In this document: piece after piece, positions 19,121 to 28,100 of the stretch
Layout of the letters: every line of letters starts with the position of its first letter
How positions within the stretch are numbered: the stretch's first letter is position 1
Source: an uncultured Chloroflexia bacterium
Lineage (GTDB): Bacteria; Chloroflexota; Dehalococcoidia; UBA2247; RBG-13-53-26
DNA: 64,000 nt
Assembly: GCA_963720375.1 (NCBI GenBank)
Contig: CAVRFM010000023.1
Location: 18,179-82,178, forward strand
Reading direction: 5' to 3'
Program-made: the position numbers and the translations under genes
Notes under the pieces: generated by a model
The model's database searches: none
Told to the model about the DNA's origin: nothing
Seen by the model: only the letters and a program-made list of their open reading frames with translations

Positions 19121-21622
19121 GTGAAAGATAAGAGAATTGCTCATGTCGGATCTCTGGAGGTCGATATCAGCACAGTCGTGCGTGACCCGCGCGGTCATGA
19201 AGACGAAATTGTCGAGATAATGGAGAACGACTTTGTTGAGGGCCGCCATAGTAATTTTGGAGGATGGATAACTCTACTGCCCGATGCGGCAGACATAGCA
19301 GAACTGGATTATGCTCTGTTGAGCAGGTATCCGCCGTTATACACTCAGCCCAATGGTGTTTGCACTGACTGTGGCCTGGGCCCCTGCAACTTGAAAGAGG
19401 GTCAGGGAAAGTGCGGACTGGATATGGAGGCTTTCCAGGGCAGGTTAAGCTTACGGAAAGCATGCCGGGGTTGTATGACTCAACTAGTGGCCAGCCGACA
19501 ATTGCTGAACTACGCTCTCAAACGCTGGCCGGAGGATACGCCTGTCAGCATGGGTGAGATTCTCGGTATCTCAGATCATGCTCCTGCCATAAGCGTGTTA
19601 TCCGGGATACACGTAAAGACTTTAAGAGATCTTAACAGAGCGCTTTCTTATGGAGAGGAACAACTGGCCAAGCTCTTTCAGGCGAGTTATTCGGGCACTG
19701 GAACGGCGGTGAATTTTGAAAGCATGGTGCTGCATGCCGGGTCTGTTTTGCTCCTCACCATGGGTGTGGCTGAGCTGCTGAAGATCTCCTGCTATGGCTT
19801 TATCAGTGCTGCCAATCAGCCACTGGAGGCGATCGAGCAGTTTCCTCCTGCCACTTTAAATGGTGGGTGGGCATCCATGGAGAGTGGGAAGCCTGTCATA
19901 GCCTTTGTTGGGGATGACTTCCTGCCGGCATGGTGTGCCATCGATCATATGAAGCAGAACGGTCTGACAGAAAAGATTGAGATATGCGGCATGGGTTCAG
20001 CCGGTGATGACATAGTGAGATTCTACGATAGGTGCCGGATCGTGGCCCCGATGGTGAGGGCGCCAAAGGCGATCAGAAATGGCCTGTTTGATGTGGTTGT
20101 GGTCAGTCCAGGATGTATTCCCCTGGACCTTCTATCCCAGGCGGAGCGTGTCGATAGCAAGGTTATATGGGTTGGTCACAATGGAATCAGCAATCTAGCG
20201 GATAGCACGGATGAGCCATCAGACAAGATAGTAGAGGCCTTACTTCATGGAGGAAAGGCAGTCTGGATCAGGGACGTAGAGAAGGCTGGTGAGGTGGCGG
20301 TGAAGTTGGCACAGAAGGTCAAGAGAAGTGGTAATTACATTATCTCTGACGATGAAGCAATAAAACAGGCAAAGGGCCATAAGCAGGATTGTGATATTTG
20401 TTCCAGTGTCTGTCCCAATAATCTGCCTGTATCCAGGGCGGTCAGAGAATTGGGTAAGGGTGACTGGAAGGGTTTCTTCGAGGTGGAGAAAGGATGCAAT
20501 TTCTGCGGCAAATGTGATGAGGCCTGCCCCAGCAAGGTTCAACTGCGCGATATCATTGTGGCTGCCGAGAGAAAGCAGGCCGGCACCGATAAATTCATAA
20601 TGAGGCCAGGCAGGGGGCCGATATCAATAACTGAGCTGCTGCAATCTGCTTTCGCAGTAGGCTGGGGCAGCATACCAGCCATGGTGACCATCTTTGGTTG
20701 CGGCGATGCCAAGAAGGAGGAGATCGCCTGGATAGCCAGTGAGTTGCTTAACGGCGGTTGCATGGTCTTTGTGGCAGGGTGTGCCGGAGCTGAAGTAGCT
20801 CGATCTTTCAGCCAGGCGAAGAAGAAGTACCTCTTTCAAGAATATGCTGGCACTTGTGCCTCGAGAAATATTGTGAATTGCGGCAGTTGCTCTGCTATTT
20901 GCCATGCTGTCCCGATGTATCTCATGCTGCGGCCTTCTGGTGGCATTCCTCTGTATGGCAATCTACCACCGCTGGGAGATTCCATCAGTCTTGGTGGTGC
21001 TCAGTCTGTGATCATGTGGGGGGCATTGCCGGACAGAATGTATGCGGTGGCAGCTGCCTGGGCTCGGCTTGGATCAACGGTCATTGTAGGGCCTGCCTCA
21101 TCCTCAGGATGGAACCGCTACCTGGTTGGTGATAGATATGATCGCAGCAAGTGGTGGGTCTATCATGGTGAGACGGGTAAGAGGCGTGAGGTTGAACCGG
21201 TAAAGGAACACTGCATTGTGCCCGTGGAAACTAAAGAGGAAGCGTTGACTATGCTGGCAAGGTCTGTGTTGAATGTAAAGGACTACAGAGAGAGCCGAGC
21301 TACTCACCTGGAGGTGATGATTGACTACTTTGAGCGCTTCTATCAGCAGTTGCCGGAGGATTGGCCTCTCTTTGTGAGGTCAGATTTCGAACTGCCGCCG
21401 AGATACAGACGACGCATGGTCAATCTCCTGGGATCCGAGTATGGATGGGAGACTGAAGGTGTGAAGGTTAAGAGAGCAAAGAATAGAGATGGCAAGCTAA
21501 TGACCATGTCTGAGTTCGCAGCTAACTATGGGATGGAGCAAGGGATATATAGCACAAGGCTTCGCACCCAGTTACCCCTACGTCTCAGGGGTGTGGCTGA
21601 TGAAGGTAAGTCTAAAAAGTAA
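19121..21622 (+). CDS. cdhA: CO dehydrogenase catalytic subunit, archaeal CdhA-like, copy 1
   Basis: 833 aa. N-terminal CTDCGLGPC...GKCG Cys cluster. Two internal ferredoxin motifs (CDICSSVCPNN; CNFCGKCDEACPS) are typical of archaeal CdhA. Adjacent to cdhB and cdhC. Confidence 0.65.
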   Translation: MKDKRIAHVGSLEVDISTVVRDPRGHEDEIVEIMENDFVEGRHSNFGGWITLLPDAADIAELDYALLSRYPPLYTQPNGVCTDCGLGPCNLKEGQGKCGLDMEAFQGRLSLRKACRGCMTQLVASRQLLNYALKRWPEDTPVSMGEILGISDHAPAISVLSGIHVKTLRDLNRALSYGEEQLAKLFQASYSGTGTAVNFESMVLHAGSVLLLTMGVAELLKISCYGFISAANQPLEAIEQFPPATLNGGWASMESGKPVIAFVGDDFLPAWCAIDHMKQNGLTEKIEICGMGSAGDDIVRFYDRCRIVAPMVRAPKAIRNGLFDVVVVSPGCIPLDLLSQAERVDSKVIWVGHNGISNLADSTDEPSDKIVEALLHGGKAVWIRDVEKAGEVAVKLAQKVKRSGNYIISDDEAIKQAKGHKQDCDICSSVCPNNLPVSRAVRELGKGDWKGFFEVEKGCNFCGKCDEACPSKVQLRDIIVAAERKQAGTDKFIMRPGRGPISITELLQSAFAVGWGSIPAMVTIFGCGDAKKEEIAWIASELLNGGCMVFVAGCAGAEVARSFSQAKKKYLFQEYAGTCASRNIVNCGSCSAICHAVPMYLMLRPSGGIPLYGNLPPLGDSISLGGAQSVIMWGALPDRMYAVAAAWARLGSTVIVGPASSSGWNRYLVGDRYDRSKWWVYHGETGKRREVEPVKEHCIVPVETKEEALTMLARSVLNVKDYRESRATHLEVMIDYFERFYQQLPEDWPLFVRSDFELPPRYRRRMVNLLGSEYGWETEGVKVKRAKNRDGKLMTMSEFAANYGMEQGIYSTRLRTQLPLRLRGVADEGKSKK

Positions 21623-21700
21623 ATACGAACCCCCCGCCAGGTTCTGTACCCTGGCACGGTAGTCACGGGAAATAGGGGTTTCTGAACGTAGAAACCGATT

Positions 21701-23101
21701 GTGTTGTGTAGGTTCCACGAAAGGGGTATACAAATGGCTATTCCAGAGGAAGAAGCAGTATCCAAACTCCCACCGGGAAGGATATTTCAGTTGCCGACAG
21801 ACCTTGATCACCTTTGGGACGGGCTGGATGACGTCGGGCTCGGTCTAAGGTGGTTGAGTGAGGTGAAGAAAGCTGACATGCACATTGAGTTGGGTGGGCC
21901 TAAGTGGGACTATAAGATGTTCTCCATCTTCTACATTGAGGAAGATCCGGAAAAGGTCAGGGATGGAGAAGTCAAGTTGATCGGCCCGGACGTTCCAGAA
22001 GTGGCAGCAGGCACCTCATTACCCGGCGGGTTTACGATAAGGATCTATGGTAAACAATTGACTCAAGCACATCAGGGCTATGTATCCAGACAGATAGGAA
22101 CTGCGCTGCAAGGCATAGAAGGATTCATGCTCTTTGGAACGCCGGATGCTCTGTGGATAAGGATAAGCAAAGACGTGGCGAACAGGTTGACCTTTGCCAA
22201 GATATCTCAGTTTTGCTATGCCACCGCGAGAACGCTGATCCCTCAGGTAGATGCCATAGCATTCTTCTGGGCAGTAGGAGCTCCTGAAGTCGGTGGTGTT
22301 GAGATGATAAACCCGCTGGTTACCTGGGCTAAGGAGAAGTTTAAGATCATAAGTGCCAAGGAGCTCTACGATGATGAAGACGTAGATACCTTCTATGGTT
22401 GCACGATCTGCAAATCCCTGGCGCCAAATCATGCCTGTGTCCTTACGCCAAGCGCGCTGCCTTACTGCGGCATCATCGGCTATGATTCGGCTAAGGTAAC
22501 AGCAGAAATAGACCCGGAAGGGTATGTTTTTACTATTCCTAAAGGTGAATGCTTGGATCAGGAGAAAGGGCATTACACGGGAGTCGACCAGGCCATATGG
22601 GAGAAATGCAATCATCTGGTAAAGCGCGTGAACATCTACAGCAGCATAAACTATCCGACTACCAATTGTGGGTGCTTTGAGGCAGCATCTTTCTACATAC
22701 CGGATGTTGATGGTATCGGTCTGGCTATGCGGCGCTATACCAAGATGACACCGCTCGGTGTCAAGTTTTCCACTTTGGCAGGTATGATCTCCGGTGGGGC
22801 TCAGAATCATGGGTTCAAGGGATTGTCGATTGCCGGTATGGCGAGTAAGAACTTCCTGCGAGGAGATGGCGGTTGGAACCGGGTAGTCTGGATGCCTGCG
22901 GATTTGAAGAGGGATATCGCGGATGTGATTCCAGAGGAGGTCTATGACAAGATTGTCACTGAGGAAGAGACTATTGATCCTCTGGAGCTCAAGGAGTTGC
23001 TCCGCAAGAAAGGACACCCAATAGTCAAGCTGTTCTGGAAGAATGGCGAACCCCAGCCATTAAAGTTGCCGCTTCCCGGTGAAGACTGGCCGGATAACTA
23101 A
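21701..23101 (+). CDS. cdhC: acetyl-CoA synthase catalytic subunit (CdhC-like), copy 2
   Basis: 466 aa, about 60% identical to copy 1. NCGCFE A-cluster motif retained. Confidence 0.75.
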   Translation: MLCRFHERGIQMAIPEEEAVSKLPPGRIFQLPTDLDHLWDGLDDVGLGLRWLSEVKKADMHIELGGPKWDYKMFSIFYIEEDPEKVRDGEVKLIGPDVPEVAAGTSLPGGFTIRIYGKQLTQAHQGYVSRQIGTALQGIEGFMLFGTPDALWIRISKDVANRLTFAKISQFCYATARTLIPQVDAIAFFWAVGAPEVGGVEMINPLVTWAKEKFKIISAKELYDDEDVDTFYGCTICKSLAPNHACVLTPSALPYCGIIGYDSAKVTAEIDPEGYVFTIPKGECLDQEKGHYTGVDQAIWEKCNHLVKRVNIYSSINYPTTNCGCFEAASFYIPDVDGIGLAMRRYTKMTPLGVKFSTLAGMISGGAQNHGFKGLSIAGMASKNFLRGDGGWNRVVWMPADLKRDIADVIPEEVYDKIVTEEETIDPLELKELLRKKGHPIVKLFWKNGEPQPLKLPLPGEDWPDN

Positions 23102-23342
23102 ATTTAGATTTGGGGGAATGTTTATGGAAAAGATGTGTGATCTATGCCAAAAAAGGGTAGCGCCGTGGACATGCCATGAATGTGGTATCGCTTTGTGTGA
23201 CGAATGTTCCCGTGAGGTTCGTATTGATTCTACCAGACCTGGCCAGAGAATGATGGGCCGGATCACCAGCCCCATGAAGTCAGGGGTGCAGAAACTAAAG
23301 GTCTGCGAGAAGTGCTTCAAGGAAAAGGAGTTTCTCGGATAA
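23079..23342 (+). CDS. Cys4x2 zinc-ribbon small protein, copy 2
   Basis: 87 aa. CDLCQ, CHECG, CDEC, CEKC. Overlaps the cdhC-2 stop. Confidence 0.55.
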   Translation: MKTGRITKFRFGGMFMEKMCDLCQKRVAPWTCHECGIALCDECSREVRIDSTRPGQRMMGRITSPMKSGVQKLKVCEKCFKEKEFLG

Positions 23343-23365
23343 GAGGTACCCTTTTCTGGTGATGG

Positions 23366-25871
23366 TTGCTGAGGAGAGAAGTAATGGAGAAAAAGAGGAT
23401 TGCCCATGTAGGGCCTCACAAAGTTGACATAAGTGAAGTGGTGCGTGATCCCCGTGGTATTGAGGATATAGTCACGGAGATACTGGAGAAAGACTTTGTT
23501 GAGAGCCGCTATTCACAATTTGGGGCGTGGTTGAATATCTTGCCCGACGCGGCGGATATCGGTGATTGGGATCGCACTCTGCTGGAAAGATATGTGCCGC
23601 TATATACTCAGCCTCAAGGCACGTGCATTGATTGTGAGTTGGGTCCTTGCAGATCTCAAGGTAAGCAAAGGTAAATGCGGATTAGAGATGGATTCGTTTC
23701 AAGGCAGGCTGAGTTTGCGCAAGGCCTGCCGTGGCTGTATGGGCCAGATGGTAGCTACTCGTCATTTGTTGAACTATGCATTGAAGTTATGGGATGAAAG
23801 CAAGGCTGTCAGCATGGGTGAGCTCTTGACCATGTCGGATGCCTGCCCTCCTGTAGGCACTTTGAGCGGCATCTATGTGAAAACCCTCAAGGACTTGAAC
23901 AGGGTGCTCTCATATGGAGAGGCGCAGTTGGCTAAGCTGATGTCTGCGAGCTATTCAGGCACCGGAGCAGTGGCGGATTTTGAGAGCATGGTGATGCATG
24001 CTGGTTCTGTTCTGCTTCTGGCTATGGGAGTGTCTGAGATGATTAAGGTCGCTTGCTTCGGCTTTACGTCAGCCGCTAACCATAAGATTGATGAACTGGA
24101 GAATTTCCCGCCGGCCAACGTGGTTGGAGGATGGCCGTCCATAAAGGAAGGTAAGCCGGTAATTGCCTTTGTCGGCGATGATTTTCTGCCGGCATGGTGT
24201 GCCATAGAGTATCTCAAGCAGAATGAATTGTTGGACAAAGTCGAGATATGCGGTATTGGCCCTGCAGGTGATGACGTGGTGCGCTTCTATGACAAGTGCC
24301 GCATAATCGCTCCGATGGTGAAGGCGGGCAAAGCTATCAGAAATGGTGTCTTCGATGTGGTTGTAGCTGCGAACGGATGTATTCCTTTGGATATGCTATC
24401 TGAAGCGGCAAGGGTAAAGAGCAAGTTCATATGGGTAGGAGCGCAGGGAGTTGGCAATCTGGTCGATAAGACTGATGAACCTCTGGACAAGATAGTGAGT
24501 GCTCTGGTTGATGGTGAAGAGGCAGCTTGGATTAGAGATGTTGAGAAGGCTGGCCAGGTAGCAGTCAAGGTAGTCCAGCAAGTGAAGAGAACACGGCAAT
24601 TTATTCTAAGTGATGAGTTGGCAGTTGCGCAGGCTAAGAAGTGTAAGGATGATTGTGATCTTTGCTCTAGTGCTTGCCCCAATAGCTTGCCATTATCAAA
24701 GGCGGTCAGACTGTTACGCGGCGGTAACTGGGATGGTTTCTCAGAGGTGGAGAGAGGGTGCTATTTCTGTGGAAAGTGTGAAGAGGCTTGCTCGGCTGGG
24801 GTGAGGCTGCGTGACATAATAGTAGCGACTGAAAGGAAACAAGCGAAGAAGGACAAATTCATTATGAGAGCGGGAAGAGGTCCTCTCCCCCTCACTGAGA
24901 TACTGCAGTCGGCTTTTTCCATGGTCTGGGGTAATGCTCCCGGTATCGTGGTGATAGCGGGTTGTGGTGATGCTTCCCGCGATGATATCGGATGGCTGGC
25001 TCAAGAATTAACCAGACGAAACTGCATTGTCTTTGTGGCTGGATGCGCCGGTGCTGAGATTGCCCGCAACTACAGCGAAAGGAAGGGTAAGTATATTTTT
25101 GAGCAGTACCTGGCTTCTATTGAGCCACGGTCTCTCATCAACTGCGGTGGCTGCACCGCAATTTCCCTGGCGAACAACATGTATATGTACTCGCGTGCTG
25201 CCGGAGGCATTCCTCTCTATGGGGGCATACCAGAGGTAGGCGAAGGGTCACTTTATACTACCTTCACGTTGCTTGTGTGGGGTGCTCTGCCTGACAGGAT
25301 GTATGCAGCAGCAGCAGCATATGCCCGTCTTGGGATAAGGGTTGTAGTGGGTCCGGCTTCGGGTTGGACTTGGGGTCGCTATTTGCCTGGCAATAGGTAT
25401 GATCGGAGCAAATGGTGGGTCTATCATGGAGACAATGGTAGTAAGAGGGAAACCGAACCTGTTCCGGAGCATTTTATTATCCCCGTGGAAACCAAAGAGG
25501 AAGCACTGACCATGATGCCCCACACTTTCTTCAGTACATCTGAGATGAGGGAGGGTCGGGCTGCTCGTCTTGACCTGCTTATTGAGTTGTATCGGCTGTT
25601 CTATGGCCAACTTCCCGATGATTGGGATTTGTTGGTGAGGTCCCATTTGGATATCCCGACTAGGCACAGGATCAGGTTGGTTAAGCTACTTCGGGATGAA
25701 TATGGTTGGGAAGGCGATGGATTGAAGATTACCAAGGCCAGGAATCGTGATGGGAAACTGTTAACCCTGTCGGAATTCAATACCAGCTACGGTATGGAGC
25801 TGGGAAGATACCACTGCAGACTGAAGAGACTATTGCCAAAGAGTGTGAGAGATAGAGAAAAGGGCAGTTAG
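23366..25871 (+). CDS. cdhA: CdhA-like CO dehydrogenase subunit, copy 2, with apparent +1 frameshift at ~23651
   Basis: ORFs 23366..23674 and 23562..25871 together reconstitute a CdhA-1 homologue. The frames join directly after CELGPC (TGC-A-GATCTC). Confidence 0.6.
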
Positions 25872-26365
25872 TCCTCCTCATCCTTAGTTTCCTCCGATTT
25901 TACGAGGTCAAGTGCGCTGAAGGGGCATTTTTCAGCGCATAGGTTACAGATATCAAGACCCGGTACTGCGCGTTTACAGCTTGACCATTCTACTACGTTA
26001 AGATTGCCGTCTATCACTTTAATGACTGGTGGTACGGGGGCGCGCTGAGAGAGCCTGCCGCCGGAAGTGATAGTGGTAAGTGCTCTATCGCAGACGGCGA
26101 CGCAATCACCGCAACCGGTGCATCTCGACCTATCAATGACGTGATCTGTACCTTTGATGCGCTCTCCTTCCCCCAACATCTCCTTCAGCATATCGTATGA
26201 ATCACGGAATTCTTCCTTGAGAAGGAGGGGGCAGTCAGCCGGCTTCTTATTCCTGCTTATGAGGTCGAAGGCAAAGGCATAACACGTGGGAGAACCACAG
26301 AGCTTACAATTGGTGCGTGGCAATAGCCTGTACATCTGGAGCGGTTGAAGATCTTTCTTAGGCAA
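25868..26365 (-). CDS. RnfB-like polyferredoxin
   Basis: The N-terminal LPRTNCKLCGSPTCYAFAF motif is the Fe-S domain found in RnfB and the AcsC N-terminus. Two CxxCxxCxxxC(P) ferredoxin motifs follow. Confidence 0.6.
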   Translation of the reverse strand: MPKKDLQPLQMYRLLPRTNCKLCGSPTCYAFAFDLISRNKKPADCPLLLKEEFRDSYDMLKEMLGEGERIKGTDHVIDRSRCTGCGDCVAVCDRALTTITSGGRLSQRAPVPPVIKVIDGNLNVVEWSSCKRAVPGLDICNLCAEKCPFSALDLVKSEETKDEED

Positions 26366-26762
26366 CTTTCCTCCTGACCAGGAGGTCTGAGGGCGTGGTA
26401 ATATTCTTTTCGGTCGGTATGGCTGTCACATCTATCATCTTAAGGTTTGGCAGTTGCGATACCGATGGATCGTAGCTTCCCAGGTAGTTAGAATACAGGC
26501 TGGACGGCATATGGCCTATGCCTTCTTCGATAGCGGTTTCTGATTTTGCTGCCACCACCACGGAGCCTGATTTGCCTCTGATCTCGATAGGGGCGCCACT
26601 CTTAAGCCCCAGCTTTTTCAGATCAGCCGCGGATAGGTGCACCACGGCAGACCTGGTCTGATATTCATCGCCCAATCCATCTCTCTGCCTGGCAATCGCC
26701 TGGTGAATATCGTCATAGGTCACGATGGTCAGACTAATACCCTGGTTAGATGAATCCATCAA
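26358..26762 (-). CDS. fwdD: formylmethanofuran dehydrogenase subunit D-like (molybdopterin-binding domain)
   Basis: 134 aa. Overlaps fwdB by 4 nt. Size and context match the FwdD family. Confidence 0.5.
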   Translation of the reverse strand: MMDSSNQGISLTIVTYDDIHQAIARQRDGLGDEYQTRSAVVHLSAADLKKLGLKSGAPIEIRGKSGSVVVAAKSETAIEEGIGHMPSSLYSNYLGSYDPSVSQLPNLKMIDVTAIPTEKNITTPSDLLVRRKVA

Positions 26763-27982
26763 ATGCTCCCTGCCAATTGTTTCAGGACTTCCTCCTCGGT
26801 AGGCTGATCTACTTTTTTTGGCCCGGCTAATGCTACCTCAGCCCCATCCATTCTTATCATTGAGCCACCGTATTCTACGCCGGGCAGTGCTGTTGGTATG
26901 ACCACATCAGCGGAGATCGTGGTAGGTGTACGGAAGTGATCCAAACAGATGACGTTTATGCCCTGCAGATTCTTCATTATGGACTGAGGCAGAGCTGAAA
27001 ACGGATCTGCCCCCATTATTAGCAGGCATTCGGGGACACGGTTTCTTACTTGTTCCAATAAGGAGAACTCACTTCCGTGAGAAATGCTGCCGGCAAAGCT
27101 TATGCTGTTAACATATCCCGTCTGTTTGTAGAGCGATTGATGGAATCCTCTCATGTTGGCTTCTGCGATCATGGGAATCACAGCAACCCTGGTCGACTGA
27201 CTGAACGTATGTACCATCTTGCTGAATGAGGTGAGATCATTGTCAAGAGAGTAGATCAGGCCGAGCCCGCAGAAGATGACGCAAAAGCGAGATTTTGCCA
27301 CCATTTCTCTGAATTTTCTGGCTTCCTCACGTGCGTTTTGTCCCTCATCGAGGATGGTATTGATGAATCCCTTATCCTGTCCAGGCTTGATTCTGAAGGG
27401 CGGCTTACACATTGAGCTTAACTCAGTCTGTCTAACCTCGACGCAGCTTAGTGTTACCTTGGGGTACCATCCGGCGGGATTATAATCAGCATAGGCATAG
27501 TAAGTGTACTTCGAAAGGTGCCTCGGGTGGGTGTGGGGAGGATTGGCACCCCAGTAGATTAGCAGATCTGCATTATCTTTTACTTCGGAGAGAGAGCATG
27601 TTGGCAGATCCTCGGTAAGGATTTTCTGCATCATGACACCATATGAAAAGGATGAGGCGTCATCGATAGTTCCGCCAAGCCTTTTTGCCAGATCGATGGC
27701 AACCGCCTGTGATTCTAAGGTCGAATTATCAAGACCAAAGACGAGGAGATTCTTTGCCTTGGAAAGGAGGTGCACTGCCTCTTGAATGGCTTCTTCCAAA
27801 GAGCGCCTTTGGCCTCTAATGAGGGCCTCTGCCCGGCGCTGCGGATCGAAGCTGGAACGGAGATAGGTCGCCCCCTTGGCACAGGCGTTCTCGATACGGC
27901 CCAGATTGGCACCGTCGATCTCAACCCGGATATCGTCGCATAGGCAACCGCATCCGGTGCAGACCAAGTTCTGAAAGCTCAA
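26759..27982 (-). CDS. fwdB: formylmethanofuran dehydrogenase subunit B-like (bis-MGD oxidoreductase fold)
   Basis: N-terminal VCTGCGCLCDD Fe-S motif and downstream blocks (DLLIYWGANPPHTHPRH) align with archaeal FwdB as recalled from memory. Confidence 0.65.
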   Translation of the reverse strand: MSFQNLVCTGCGCLCDDIRVEIDGANLGRIENACAKGATYLRSSFDPQRRAEALIRGQRRSLEEAIQEAVHLLSKAKNLLVFGLDNSTLESQAVAIDLAKRLGGTIDDASSFSYGVMMQKILTEDLPTCSLSEVKDNADLLIYWGANPPHTHPRHLSKYTYYAYADYNPAGWYPKVTLSCVEVRQTELSSMCKPPFRIKPGQDKGFINTILDEGQNAREEARKFREMVAKSRFCVIFCGLGLIYSLDNDLTSFSKMVHTFSQSTRVAVIPMIAEANMRGFHQSLYKQTGYVNSISFAGSISHGSEFSLLEQVRNRVPECLLIMGADPFSALPQSIMKNLQGINVICLDHFRTPTTISADVVIPTALPGVEYGGSMIRMDGAEVALAGPKKVDQPTEEEVLKQLAGSI

Positions 27983-28100
27983 TTGAAGACCTCACTTAAC
28001 ATTGCGGATATCATCTGTATGCCCGATGATTTGTTCCGGCCCTTCACTATAAGTTGCAGATTGAATGACCTGGTCCAATGAGATACTCAGTTGGTGAGCT

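Noticed and set aside
22019-23017. 332-aa minus-strand ORF inside cdhC copy 2
   Set aside because: Antisense to a CDS with the conserved ACS NCGCFE motif. No recognisable motif.
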